Shown here piece by piece: positions 13,553 to 43,713 of a stretch of 64,000 bases of DNA. A program made the translations under genes and the position numbers. The stretch comes from Eledone cirrhosa (Eukaryota): contig OZ024741.1 of NCBI GenBank assembly GCA_964016885.1, positions 89,652,001 through 89,716,000 on the forward strand. The letters run 5' to 3'. The notes beneath the pieces were generated by a model that was given only the letters and a program-made list of their open reading frames with translations, was not told the DNA's origin and did not search any database. The first letter of the stretch is position 1. Each line of letters starts with the position of its first letter.

Positions 13553-13618
13553 TATTTTATTATACATATTTCAAGGGTCACCAAGGCAAATTATGGTGCG
13601 CTTTCATCAGATAAAATA
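13553..13618 (-). ncRNA. Type I hammerhead ribozyme motif (family A)
   Basis: Reverse strand TATTTTAT-CTGATGA-AAGCGCACCA...TGGTGACCCTT-GAAA-TATGTA-TA^-ATAAAATA. Confidence 0.8.
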
Positions 13619-14092
13619 CAGATTTGTTTTATAAATAAATATTGACATACCCGGAAATAAAAGACAACCTTAACGGTTGGAACTTCCTGGATAGTGGAGA
13701 TATTACATTTATTGAGGGTGATAGAAAATTATGAGTGAGTATGGAAATGAGTGTCCGAAAGGTTGAAAAGATAACGGTTTATTTAAATTAAACTGTTGGA
13801 AGAAGGTGATGTCAACATATATATAATCGTTCTTTCTTTCCTCTTCTATCTTTCTCATCTCTTTCTTCTTTTTTTCTTTTTTTTCTCTTTCCCTCACATA
13901 TCACCTTCTTCCAACAGTTTAATTTAAATAAACCGTTATCTTTTCAACCTTTCGGACACTCATTTCCATACTCACTCATAATTTTCTATCACCCTCAATA
14001 AATGTAATATCTCCACTATCCAGGAAGTTCCAACAGTTAAGGTTGTCTTTTTTTTTTCGGGTATGTCAATATTTATTTATAAAAAAAATCTG

Positions 14093-14159
14093 TATTTTAT
14101 CTGATGAAAGCGCACCGTAATTTGCCTTTAGTGGCCCTTGAAATATGTATAATAAAATA
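14093..14159 (+). ncRNA. Type I hammerhead ribozyme motif (family A)
   Basis: TATTTTAT-CTGATGA-AAGCGCAC...GTGGCCCTT-GAAA-TATGTA-TA^-ATAAAATA. Confidence 0.8.
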
Positions 14160-14280
14160 AATATGGTTTCTATTTATTAATATATTGTGTATTTACTCCA
14201 CTAAATTGTTGAGTGCTTTATATCAGTTATACAAATGTTTAAGCTTGTTGAATCCCAACAATTTATATATAACCTCTACA

Positions 14281-14458
14281 TATATATATATATATGTGTG
14301 TATATATATACATACGTAGGTATATGTATGTATGCATATATATATATATGTGTGTATATATATACATACGTAGGTATATGTATGTATGTATATATATATA
14401 TATGTGTGTATATACATACGTAGGTATATGTATATATATATATATACGTAGGTATATG

Positions 14459-14535
<77 letters not shown>

Positions 14536-14936
14536 ATATATATATGTGTATATATATGTGTATATATATGTGTATATATATATGTGTATATATATATATG
14601 TATATATATATGTATATATATATATGTATATATATATATGTATATATATATATGTATATATATATATGTATATATATATGTGTATATATATATGTGTATA
14701 TATATATATGTATATATATATGTATATATATATATGTATATATATATGTATATATATATATGTATATGTATATATATATGTATATATATATGTATATATA
14801 TATGTATATATGTATATATATATGTATATATGTATATGTATATATATATATGTATATATGTATATGTATATATATATATGTATATATATATATGTATATA
14901 TATATATGTATATATATATATGTATATATATATATG

Positions 14937-15007
<71 letters not shown>

Positions 15008-15072
15008 GTATATATATATGTATATATGTATATATATGTATATGTATATATATGTATATATATATATGTATA

Positions 15073-15121
<49 letters not shown>

Positions 15122-15153
15122 GTATATATATATGTATATATATATATGTATAT
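14281..15153. repeat. Imperfect (TA)n/(TATG)n microsatellite
   Basis: Direct; includes a few catacgtagg higher-order units at the start. Confidence 0.95.
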
Positions 15154-15740
15154 GGTGCTACTGGTAACATGTATTCCAGTACAACCTGTCTCATGGTCGG
15201 GTCGTTGGCGACTAAACTGGCAACCCCACCAAGGTTTCTTGGTGAGGAGGGTGACTTTGGACATCCTGCAGGACTAAAAACAAAACCTGTCAAAGGGCAA
15301 AGGAGCTCTTAAGAGTCAATGGCCATCCAAAATCACCGGGAGAGATGACCCCTTAGCCTTTGTCAAGGCAGAATTCTAGGAGAAGGAAAACTCTGATATA
15401 ACACCTGCGACTCTGATGGTATCCAATGATGTTGACTTGTTCTTCTTTTTGGTAAATATCATCTTGGTTAAGAGAGTGGGACTGGCTTTGTGCAGTGCCT
15501 TTGCTCACTATAAAAGCTTCACGGCACAGGCATTGCTTTATATCTGGAGATCTCTCTGCACTTGTCGTCACATGGTACCATGGGCCCAGCACTATGTGTC
15601 AATAATTGTCACAAGTGTAGTTCCAGAGTTTTCAAGTCGCTGGCTGGACTAAAAAGTCACACCCGTTCGGCGCATCGGTAGGGGTTCTCCTATATGGATA
15701 TAAAGTAGTGGCCGTACTCGAAAACGAGTTGGCAGCCACC
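15154..15740 (+). mobile_element. Bipartite non-autonomous RTE-like element, longest copy
   Basis: RTE-like 5' UTR motifs (ggcgactaaactggcaacc, ctaggagaaggaaaactctga), C2H2 zinc-finger remnant, terminal hairpin actcg-aaaa-cgagt, (TA)n on both sides; 5 copies in the window. Confidence 0.7.
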
Positions 15741-18533
<2,793 letters not shown>

Positions 18534-18760
18534 TTCTTACTATATATTGTTAATCGGCTCAGTATTTATTTGTACTTTATACTTAGAGCTTAATGGTTAC
18601 AGGGTTCTAATTCATATATATATATTTCGGCTCTCTTACAGGATGAGCTATTAAGTTGTGCGTGTTTGACTGTTATTTCTGTTCAACACGCGCTTACCAC
18701 GTTTGGCTGGCGAAGCACGAGGTGATGAATTCATCTTTCTGTGTGAACGTTGGCATAAAG

Positions 18761-18795
<35 letters not shown>

Positions 18796-18830
18796 GTATA
18801 TATATATGTATATATATATGTATATATATG

Positions 18831-18879
<49 letters not shown>

Positions 18880-18922
18880 GTATATATATGTATATGTATA
18901 TATATGTATATGTATATATATG

Positions 18923-18953
<31 letters not shown>

Positions 18954-18992
18954 GTATATATGTATATATATATATATATGTATATATATATG

Positions 18993-19045
<53 letters not shown>

Positions 19046-19052
19046 GTATATG

Positions 19053-19133
<81 letters not shown>

Positions 19134-19150
19134 GTATATATATATATATG
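18761..19150. repeat. (TA)n/(TATG)n array
   Basis: Direct. Confidence 0.95.
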
Positions 19151-19378
19151 TAAACAATTAAGTTAAAAATGTACATCTACATATGCCTACTGAAATACTA
19201 GTGTGTATATGAATACACACACGTATACATATGTAGGTGTACCAAGTCTTTCACTGGTCGCTTTACAGTGAGCGGCCCAGCTATTCTGTATGTAAACACA
19301 CAGACAAACCGGTTTTTAGAGTCATACTGGTTTTTCGGGGGAACACCTTCCCCCTATTCTCCAGAAAGCCAGACAAGG

Positions 19379-19423
19379 AATATTGAACTAGTTTCGTTGT
19401 TGTTACAACTCATCAGCAATATT
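19379..19423 (-). ncRNA. Minimal type I hammerhead ribozyme motif (family C)
   Basis: Reverse strand AATATTG-CTGATGA-GTTG-taacaa-CAAC-GAAA-CTAG-TT^-CAATATT; enclosed by the inverted repeat TTCTCCAGAAAG/CTTTCTGGAGAA (19357-19450). Confidence 0.8.
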
Positions 19424-19530
19424 TACTAATCTACCGGCCTTTCTGGAGAATTGTAAAAGCACATATCGTTATATGCTTTTTCTATGAAAATTAGTAGTGG
19501 GCAGACTAATTTGCATAGAGTGTTTGTTTT

Positions 19531-20160
<630 letters not shown>

Positions 20161-20346
20161 TTAATAAAAGGAATTCCAACTTTGTCTGATTTACTCGTTT
20201 TATTTACAATCCTTTAAAATTTATAATGGTATTATAATGAAATAGTATGATAGAATGTTAAGTGTTAATTGAACAAGTACTTTCATGCTCTCGCAATCTT
20301 CAGGTTCATAATGTGTGGTGACAGTCAAGTTTGTAATTTTCAACTG

Positions 20347-24429
<4,083 letters not shown>

Positions 24430-27400
24430 CTAAGGCGGGTAAAATTCCCGAGATCCATGGACGAGTTCTCTCCAGTGGTCTCTGTCCCTCATTATCGCTG
24501 CCATATCCTGCATCTCCAACAGACCAGTGTCTGACCTTAGGGCATCAACATATGTTAACCTTGGTCTTCCTCTTCTAGTGTGTCCATGTAGGGGCTCCCA
24601 AAGGAGCACTGAGTGCAATGTCAACTCTGGATGTCGGTGAGCATGTCCAGCCAACCTCAGTCTCCTCTGTGTCACTTTTGAGCTGACTTTTGGGATGCTC
24701 CCATACAGCTCTGAGTTTTTCATCCTCAGTGTATACTGATTAATGTTCAGAGCCATCCTCAGCATTCTCGTGTAGCACCCATCCACCATCTGAGTGAGTC
24801 TCTTGGTCAGTGTCCAAGTCTCAGACCCAAAAAGCAGCACAGATTCCACTACAGCAATGAAGAGGCGGATTTTCAGGTCTCTACGAAGGTCCGACCTCCA
24901 CACCGATCTCAAGCTGTGACACGCCGCCCAGGCCCTGCTCTTCCTCCCAACCACATCATCTTCCGTATTCCCAATCTTTGCTCCCAAATACAGGAAGTCC
25001 TCAACCAATTCCAGCGGCTTCCCGCCTACATTAGTGATCCCCTCTGGCTTCTCAACATTCTCCACCAGATATTTTGTTTTAGTCTCATTCATTCTCAGCC
25101 CCACACTCATCGACACAGTCTCAACCTCCCGCATCAAATCCTCTGCCTCCTTCACTGTATTTGTCACCAAAACTATGTCGTCGGCAAATTCAGCATCCGA
25201 TACCTTTTTCGCCCCAACTCTCCTGCTCTGAGCCGGTGCTAAAGCCAGTGTCCTGGTATTTCTCCAGTGCAAGGCGCATACAATAGTCCACTACGATGAT
25301 AAAAAGGTAGGGAGCCAATGTATCTCCCTGGAGCACTCCAGCCAGTATCTCAAAGAACTCTGTCATCCCATCAGGTGTAATGACTTGGGCTTTGGTGTTG
25401 GTGTAGAGCAGTGATATCAGGTCCACTATCCTCTTGGGGATTCCATAAGCCTGTAAGATCTTCATCAGGCAGTAACGGTCCACAGAATCAAAGGCCTTCC
25501 TAAAGTCAATGAAAACCATGACCGCAGGAAGGCACTTTGCTCTAGCTCCCTCTAATATCCTCCTCAGCATCAGGATGTGACTGGTGGTTGATCTACCCTC
25601 TCTGAAGCCGTTCTGGTTGTCCCTGAGCTTCTTCTCCATCTCAGGCTGGATCCTGTTAAGAATCATCCTGTTGAGGGTCTTTGCCACAAGTGACGTCAGT
25701 GAGATCCCCCGGTAGTTGTTGGTGTTAGAGAGATCTCCCTTCTTTGGCACTGGGACGATGTTACTGATCCTCCACTGATTCGGGGCAACTCCTTTCTCCA
25801 GTGCCCCGTTACAGAACCCCAGGATGATATCATCAAAATCACACCTCTTCATCACCTCTGATGCCACTCCATCCTCTCCATGAGCCTTGCCCTCCTTGAT
25901 CTTCTTCTTGGCTCTCTGAAGCTCCTCTCTGGTGAAGGGCTCTGTCTCAACATCCAGTTCCTCAAACAGCCGCCTGATCTCCCCACTGCTCTGGGCTGTG
26001 GAGGGTGGCTCTCCTAGTAGGGTCCTAAAATGGTCTAGCCATTTCCTCTTCCTATCCTCGGGCCCCGTTCCCTGGATCTGACTCGAACACCTTTTCTTCC
26101 TCCCTGTGATCTCGTTGATGATCATCCAGCTCTCCTTACATCCAGATCTGTCAACCGCTCTCTCCACACTTCTGATCTTCTCTATCAGTGCCTCCTCTCT
26201 GACCTCAGTGTAAGCGGTACAGAGCTCTTCCCTCATCACCTCCACAGTCTCCATCCTCTCCTCCGTAGGATCAGCATAGAATTGGTCCCTGGCAGCTTTC
26301 AGGTGTTCTCTGGCTGCACACACTTTTGGGTTTGCAGAGCTGACGTGCTTCCCTTTGTTCTTTTTCCTCGGCACCAGGGTTTCACTTGCTTTCGCCACTG
26401 CATTGGTGAAGTGCCCGTACCTCCTCGTCACACTCTCCTCAGTCCATCCAATCTCTCTCTCCTCTGACTCTCCACACAGAGCACTAAACCTGTTTCTCAC
26501 TTCCACTGTGAACCTCTCCTGTAGCTTATCATCTTCCTTGAAAGCTCCCCCAGTCATAGATTGTTCTCCGGGGCTGAGCCTTGCTCTTTCTTAAGCTCAC
26601 GCGGACCTCACTCATAACAAGCCGGTGGTCACTACCCAGTGTACTGAAATAGCTGTATGGTTCCGTGTTCAGAACACTATTCTGCCACTTTTTTCCTCAC
26701 CAGAATGAAATCAATCTGGGACTTGGACAGTTGCATATCTGAGATGTAGGTCCACATCTTCCCCAGATTCTTCCTAAACCTTAGGTTGGTTGCCATCAAG
26801 TTCGCCTCCAGCAGGGTGTCTCTCAGTAGTCTTCCATTTCGGTTGGTGTTGTTATGGAAGTACCAGCAAGGATCTTCACTGCCCTCCTTACTCAGATGTG
26901 CATTGAAGTCCCCCCAAAACAAGCAGGATATTGTGTGCCTGAGTGGTGTTGACAGCCCCACACACCTCCTCATGGAACTCCTCGGCATTCACATCACTGT
27001 CCCCCTCGGTTGGACTATAGTCTGAGATGACTGTCAGTCTTGGGTTTCCATTGAAGGTCACCCTCAACACTCGCGGGGAGATAGGCATTATTTCCCTCAC
27101 CAATAGATTGGTTTTTGCACTGAAAACAAAACCCACTCCTCCTACTGCAGCATTTGTTGTGTTCTTCACTGCCGATGTAGTGATGAGCTGGCTCTTCCTC
27201 CCGATCATCACACTCCTCACGGGCTCATCGTGTAGAATCCTGTGTTCTTGGATCGCAAGTATCTGTATACCACTCTCCTCGAACAGATGTCCCAACTCCT
27301 CTCTCTTCTCCAGCGTTCGAATAGTCCTCACATTCAAAGTGCCCATTTTGATGGCTCTTCTGCAGGACAAAACTGCATTCTTTATATTTGTCTCAGAGAC

Positions 27401-27565
27401 AGCTGATCCATCATCCACTGGCCCTCTCTGTGGCTCTAAGCTAGCAGAGTCATAACGACCAGGCTGCTCCTTGACAGTGTAATTAGGGGCTCTAACCCTA
27501 GTGCTGTTAGATCGACTCTCCATATTTCTTTTCAATGGCTGACAATACCTTACCGGCGCCACTCG
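24430..27565 (-). mobile_element. Near full-length RTE-clade LINE (APE endonuclease + reverse transcriptase), frameshifted
   Basis: APE motifs GTLNVRT, IQEHR, YSPT, GDFNAH, QIDFI, SDHR; RT motifs PKKGDL..NYRGISL, QNGFR..RST, FIDFRKAFDSV, GVLQGDTLAPYLF, FADD, FLYLG; C-terminal RRLRLAGH...RGRP; net frameshifts near 26910, 26690 and 25240. Confidence 0.92.
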
Positions 27566-29661
<2,096 letters not shown>

Positions 29662-30275
29662 ATTTTGATCAGCAAAACCTACCCTTTTAAGAAAACCCAC
29701 TGTACCAATAGGAAATGTATCATATGTAAGGTGAACCCCCGGATAAACTGTAAAACTAGAAACGTAGTCTATAGCATAAGATGTACAGAGGGTACTTGTA
29801 GAAACACGACAACAACATACATAGGTGAGACAGCTCGTAGCATAGGTGAAAGGATAGACCAACACTGGGGGGGAACTAAAAGGACGAAAAAACGGGTCAG
29901 TACTATACGAACATGCTAGACAACATCATGACGGTAACATAGACAACATAGAAATTAGAATAATATCTAAACATAGGAATGACCCAGCAGATAGGCAAAT
30001 CAGAGAGGCCAGTGAAATAGAAATTAGAAGACCAAAGCTAAACAGAAAGAATGAGTGGAACAACAACAACACCCAAACAAACAACACTGACCTAAGAGAA
30101 GTATAAATAAATAAGTAAATTAAATTAAATAAAATAAGATAAATAAATACATACACAAGCACATAAACACACACTAGTCACCCAGCAGACACAACACTAT
30201 ACACACTAGTTCACACACACATCACACACGCAAACGCATGCGCAAAGAAGACAAAATAAAATAAGATAAACAAAC
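29662..30275 (+). mobile_element. 5'-truncated Penelope-like fragment (GIY-YIG endonuclease + start of pLTR)
   Basis: CTNRKCIIC...[12 protein letters not shown]...[16 protein letters not shown]; one extra G in a G-run relative to the copy at 33337. Confidence 0.85.
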
Positions 30276-30475
30276 NNNNNNNNNNNNNNNNNNNNNNNNN
30301 NNNNNNNNNNNNNNNNNNNNNNNNNNNNNNNNNNNNNNNNNNNNNNNNNNNNNNNNNNNNNNNNNNNNNNNNNNNNNNNNNNNNNNNNNNNNNNNNNNNN
30401 NNNNNNNNNNNNNNNNNNNNNNNNNNNNNNNNNNNNNNNNNNNNNNNNNNNNNNNNNNNNNNNNNNNNNNNNNNN
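30276..30475. other. Assembly gap (200 N)
   Basis: Run of N. Confidence 1.
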
Positions 30476-31333
30476 GAAATCAATCTGGGACTTGGACAGT
30501 TGCATATCTGAGATGTAGGTCCACATCTTCCCCAGATTCTTCCTAAACCTTAGGTTGGTTGCCATCAAGTTCGCCTCCAGCAGGGTGTCTCTCAGTAGTC
30601 TTCCATTTCGGTTGGTGTTGTTATGGAAGTACCAGCAAGGATCTTCACTGCCCTCCTTACTCAGATGTGCATTGAAGTCCCCCAAAACAAGCAGGATATT
30701 GTGTGCCTGAGTGGTGTTGACAGCCCCACACACCTCCTCATGGAACTCCTCGGCATTCACATCACTGTCCCCCTCGGTTGGACTATAGTCTGAGATGACT
30801 GTCAGTCTTGGGTTTCCATTGAAGGTCACCCTCAACACTCGCGGGGAGATAGGCATTATTTCCCTCACCAATAGATTGGTTTTTGCACTGAAAACAAAAC
30901 CCACTCCTCCTACTGCAGCATTTGTTGTGTTCTTCACTGCCGATGTAGTGATGAGCTGGCTCTTCCTCCCGATCATCACACTCCTCACGGGCTCATCGTG
31001 TAGAATCCTGTGTTCTTGGATCGCAAGTATCTGTATACCACTCTCCTCGAACAGATGTCCCAACTCCTCTCTCTTCTCCAGCGTTCGAATAGTCCTCACA
31101 TTCAAAGTGCCCATTTTGATGGCTCTTCTGCAGGACAAAACTGCATTCTTTATATTTGTCTCAGAGACAGCTGATCCATCATCCACTGGCCCTCTCTGTG
31201 GCTCTAAGCTAGCAGAGTCATAACGACCAGGCTGCTCCTTGACAGTGTAATTAGGGGCTCTAACCCTAGTGCTGTTAGATCGACTCTCCATATTTCTTTT
31301 CAATGGCTGACAATACCTTACCGGCGCCACTCG
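30476..31333 (-). mobile_element. Duplicate of the RTE 5' part (APE domain) with an open frame
   Basis: Essentially identical to 26707-27565 except a C-run of 5 rather than 6. Confidence 0.9.
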
Positions 31334-35996
<4,663 letters not shown>

Positions 35997-36826
35997 AGCG
36001 GAACACAGCTACACAGGACCAGGAGGGACCGATATCCCCGTGTCAAAATCGATACGAGACCTGGGCATAGACATGAGCGATGATGCATCTTTTTCTTCAC
36101 ACATCATGAAGGTGGCGACAGCATGTAGACGATTCGCTGGCTGGATCTTGAGGACTTTCCTTACAAGAGATCGAGACACCATGTTGACACTGTGGAGGAC
36201 TTTTGTCCTAAGCCGCTGGACTACTGCTCCCAGCTGTGGTCACCCCATAGTGTCAAACTAACCACAGAGCTTGAGGCAATCCAGCGAAGCTACACCAAGA
36301 GGATTGCCAAGATGAGGGAGACAAGCTACTGGGAGAGGCTAAAGGAACTGAACCTCTACTCCTTGGAGCGAAGACGGGAGAGATACGCAGTGATCTACAT
36401 GTGGAAAATCCTGGAGGGACTAGCACCAAACTTTGGCATTGGGAGCTGGACCAACCGTCGAACAGGACGTCACTGTGTGGTGCCAAAGGTCCCGTCTTCC
36501 ACATCTAGAATAAGGAGCAGGTATTGCAATAGCCTGGGATTCAAGGGCCCTCAACTCTTCAACAGGCTGCCGAGGCATCTGCGAGACTTGCATGACGTGG
36601 AGGTGGATGTCTTTAAGAAACATCTCGACACCTTGTTATCCAGGATCCCGGATGAGCCCACAGCAAGACACGAGGGAAACCTAAGGGCAGCAGCAACAAA
36701 CTCCCTCCTACACCAGTGGCCAACCTATACAGGCTGGAGATAAAGTGTGTAGCAGCAAGGGCGGTGCCCCAGCATGGCCTCAGCCGGATGGCTGAAACAG
36801 GTAAAAGAGTAAAAGAGTAAAAGAGT
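35997..36826 (+). mobile_element. 3' fragment of a CR1-clade LINE
   Basis: IRDLGI..DD.SFSSHI...GWILRTF / [10 protein letters not shown]...LEAIQR..TK.I...SYWERLKELNLYSLERRRERY..IY.WKI; tail (GTAAAAGA)3. Confidence 0.85.
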
Positions 36827-40520
<3,694 letters not shown>

Positions 40521-41339
40521 TGTATTGTTTCTGATATATATTTTTATTAGTATATTGAAATCTGCTCTCTATCTCTGCTTGATAGATAATCTTGTAGAGT
40601 AAAGACAGGAATAATAATACACATATATGTATACTCAAAGTTTTTATACCACATTGAGAATGTTTTCCGTGAACTTAGAGTTTGCAGAGTCGATCATGTG
40701 GATTCACATAGATGTTTCTAGCTTTCACATAAACATATGAATTTTTAAAAAACTAAACATAAGATAATTAATTTTCACACACTATGGATACTTGTCTCAT
40801 TCAGGAATACTGATATTTACAATATAGTGGAAGTTTTATAAATACTATACATTAAAACATAGGGTTTTTACGCCTCGAATATATCTGGCTATTTTTAAAT
40901 TTTTTCTCTCGCTATTTTTTTCTCTCTCTATATTCTTTCTCTCTCTATATATCTCCCTTACATTAATACTTGAGCTAAATAAATAAATAAATAAATGTAC
41001 CATTGATACATTTACTCAACTGACCTCCCACTACCTAATTTTCTATATATATATGTATCTATCTCTATTTCCTCTCTCTCTCTCTCTATATATATCTTTC
41101 TGTTTCTTTACATGAAGTTCTTCTCTCTATCTATCTCTCCATCTCTCTGCTTTGTTCCATGCATTTCTTCTTTTTCTTCCTTTTCTTCGTTTTCTGTCTT
41201 TCTTTCTTTTTTCTCTCTTTTTTCTCTCTTTCTTTCTCTCTGTGTAAAATTTTTTCACTGCCAGCTCAACCTCTCCAAATGCAAGTCTGTGTTGTTACGG
41301 TATGTCGAATCTATTTATCTATAAAACTGTTTATATTGT

Positions 41340-41403
41340 ATTTTGTCTGAGGAAGGCATAGCATATTGTTAATATGATATCCCCGAAATATATATAATGA
41401 ATA
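41340..41403 (+). ncRNA. Type I hammerhead motif (family A-related)
   Basis: ATTTTGT-CTGAGGA-AGG...CCCC-GAAA-TATATA-TA^-ATGAAT; downstream sequence homologous to 14160-14280. Confidence 0.65.
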
Positions 41404-41572
41404 AATATGGTTTTATAAATATAGTTTCCATTTATTTAATATTGTAAATATACTCCAAATATTTGTCGAGTGCTATTATATCAGGTTATAAATATTTACT
41501 AGTTGTAACCCAACAATTTTAAATATAACTTTCCATATATATATGTATATATATATATAGATGTATATATGT

Positions 41573-42021
41573 AAAGGCAAAGAGGGCTCTTAAGAGTCAA
41601 TAGCCATCCAAAATCACCGGGGAGATGATCCCTTAGCCTTTGTCAAGGCAGAATTCTAGGAGAAGGAAAACTCTGATATAACACCTGCAACCCTGATGGT
41701 ATCCAATGATGTGACTTGTTCTTCTTTTTGGTAAATATCATCTGGTTAAGAGAGTGGGACTGGGTTTGTGCAGTGCCTTTGCTCGCTATAAAAGCTTCAC
41801 GGCACAGGCATTGCTTTATATCTGGAGATCTCTCTGCACTTGTCGTCACATGGTACCATGGGACCAGCACTGTTTCAATAATTGTCACAAGTGTAGTGTT
41901 TGTACAGAGTTTTCAAGTCGCTGGCTGGACTAAAAAGTCACACTCGTTCAGCGCATCGGTAGGGGTTCTGCTACATGGATATAAAGTAGTGGCCGTACTC
42001 GAAAACGAGTTGGCAGCCACC
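41573..42021 (+). mobile_element. Bipartite RTE-like element, 5'-truncated copy
   Basis: High similarity to 15292-15740; same 3' end into (TA)n. Confidence 0.8.
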
Positions 42022-42174
42022 ATATATTATATATATATATGTATGTATATATATATGTATGTATATATAAATATGTATGTATATATAAATATGTATGTAT
42101 ATATATATATATGTATATATATATGTATGTATATATATAATATATATGTATATATATATATATATATATGTATG

Positions 42175-42227
<53 letters not shown>

Positions 42228-42410
42228 GTATGTATATATATATATGTATGTATATATATATATGTATGTATATATATATTATGTATGAATATATATATGT
42301 ATGTATATATATATATATATGTATGTATATATATATATGTATGTATATATATATATGTATGTATATATATATGTATGTATATATATATGTATGTATATAA
42401 TATATATATG

Positions 42411-42441
<31 letters not shown>

Positions 42442-42506
42442 GTATGTAATATATATATATATATGTATGTATATATATATATATAGTATATATATATATA
42501 TGTATG

Positions 42507-42539
<33 letters not shown>

Positions 42540-42654
42540 GTATGTATATATATATGTATGTATATATATATATATGTATGTATATATATATGTATGTATA
42601 TATATATATATGTATGTATATATATATATGTATGTATATATATATATATGTATG

Positions 42655-42685
<31 letters not shown>

Positions 42686-42856
42686 GTATATATATATGTA
42701 TGTATGTATATATATATGTATGTATGTATATATATATGTATGTATATATATATATATGTATGTATATATATATGTATGTATGTATATATATATATATATA
42801 TATGTATGTATATATATATATATGTATATATATGTATGTATATATATATATGTATG

Positions 42857-42904
<48 letters not shown>

Positions 42905-42908
42905 ATTG

Positions 42909-42940
<32 letters not shown>

Positions 42941-42944
42941 ATTG

Positions 42945-42975
<31 letters not shown>

Positions 42976-43467
42976 GTGTATTTATATATGTATGTATGTA
43001 TGTATATATATATATATGTATGTATATATATATATATGTATGTATATATATATATATGTATGTATATATATATATATATATGTATGTATATATATATATA
43101 TGTATGTATATATATATATGTGTATGTATATATATATGTATGTATATATATATATATGTATGTATATATATATGTATGTATATATACATATATGTATGTA
43201 TATATATATATGTATGTATATATATATATATATGTATGTATATATATATATATGTATGTATATATGCATATATGTATGTATATATATATATGTATGTATA
43301 TATATATATGTATGTATATATATATATACAAATATATATGTATGTATGTATGTGTATATATATATATGTGTATATACATATATGTATATGTATGTGTATA
43401 CATGTATATGTATATGTATGTGTATATATATGTATATATATATGTATATATATATATATATATATAT
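42022..43467. repeat. (TA)n/(TATG)n array
   Basis: Direct. Confidence 0.95.
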
Positions 43468-43713
43468 GCTTACTCACCACCACCACAAGCATACTCTGTA
43501 CTTACATGCTCTCACTTATCCTTATTTATTTCCTTATGTTTTCCATTTTCTTACTTTTTTAATGTATTTTTTCTTATCTTTTACTTTGTACGTTTTACAT
43601 CTGTAACTTCTCTACCTATTTGTCATATATATTTTATTATTGATTTTATTGTTTTGATTATACGCTATTCTTCTATATATATCTTGCCTCGAGTGAATTA
43701 TTTTTATATCTTC

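Larger units (their letters stand above)
13522..14280. mobile_element. Fold-back pseudo-LTR-like module: ~280-bp inverted arms around an ~85-bp spacer
   Basis: About 13545-13811 is the reverse complement of about 13899-14168; related single copies at 41340-41535 and 63625-63893. Confidence 0.8.

Noticed and set aside
15353-15652. Recurrent 78-80 aa ORFs in the bipartite element as a gene family
   Set aside because: They recur only because the DNA is repeated; broken by indels in some copies and without a recognisable domain
18608-18656. Hammerhead-like GAGCC-GAAA-TATATA-TA on the minus strand
   Set aside because: The 5' core reads CTTAATA and stem I does not pair; too degenerate to call
27027-27455. 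142-aa plus-strand ORF (also at 30795)
   Set aside because: Antisense shadow of the RTE APE coding region
40620-40880. Possible GIY-YIG C-terminal relic upstream of the 41340 hammerhead
   Set aside because: Multiple stop codons and only vague motif resemblance
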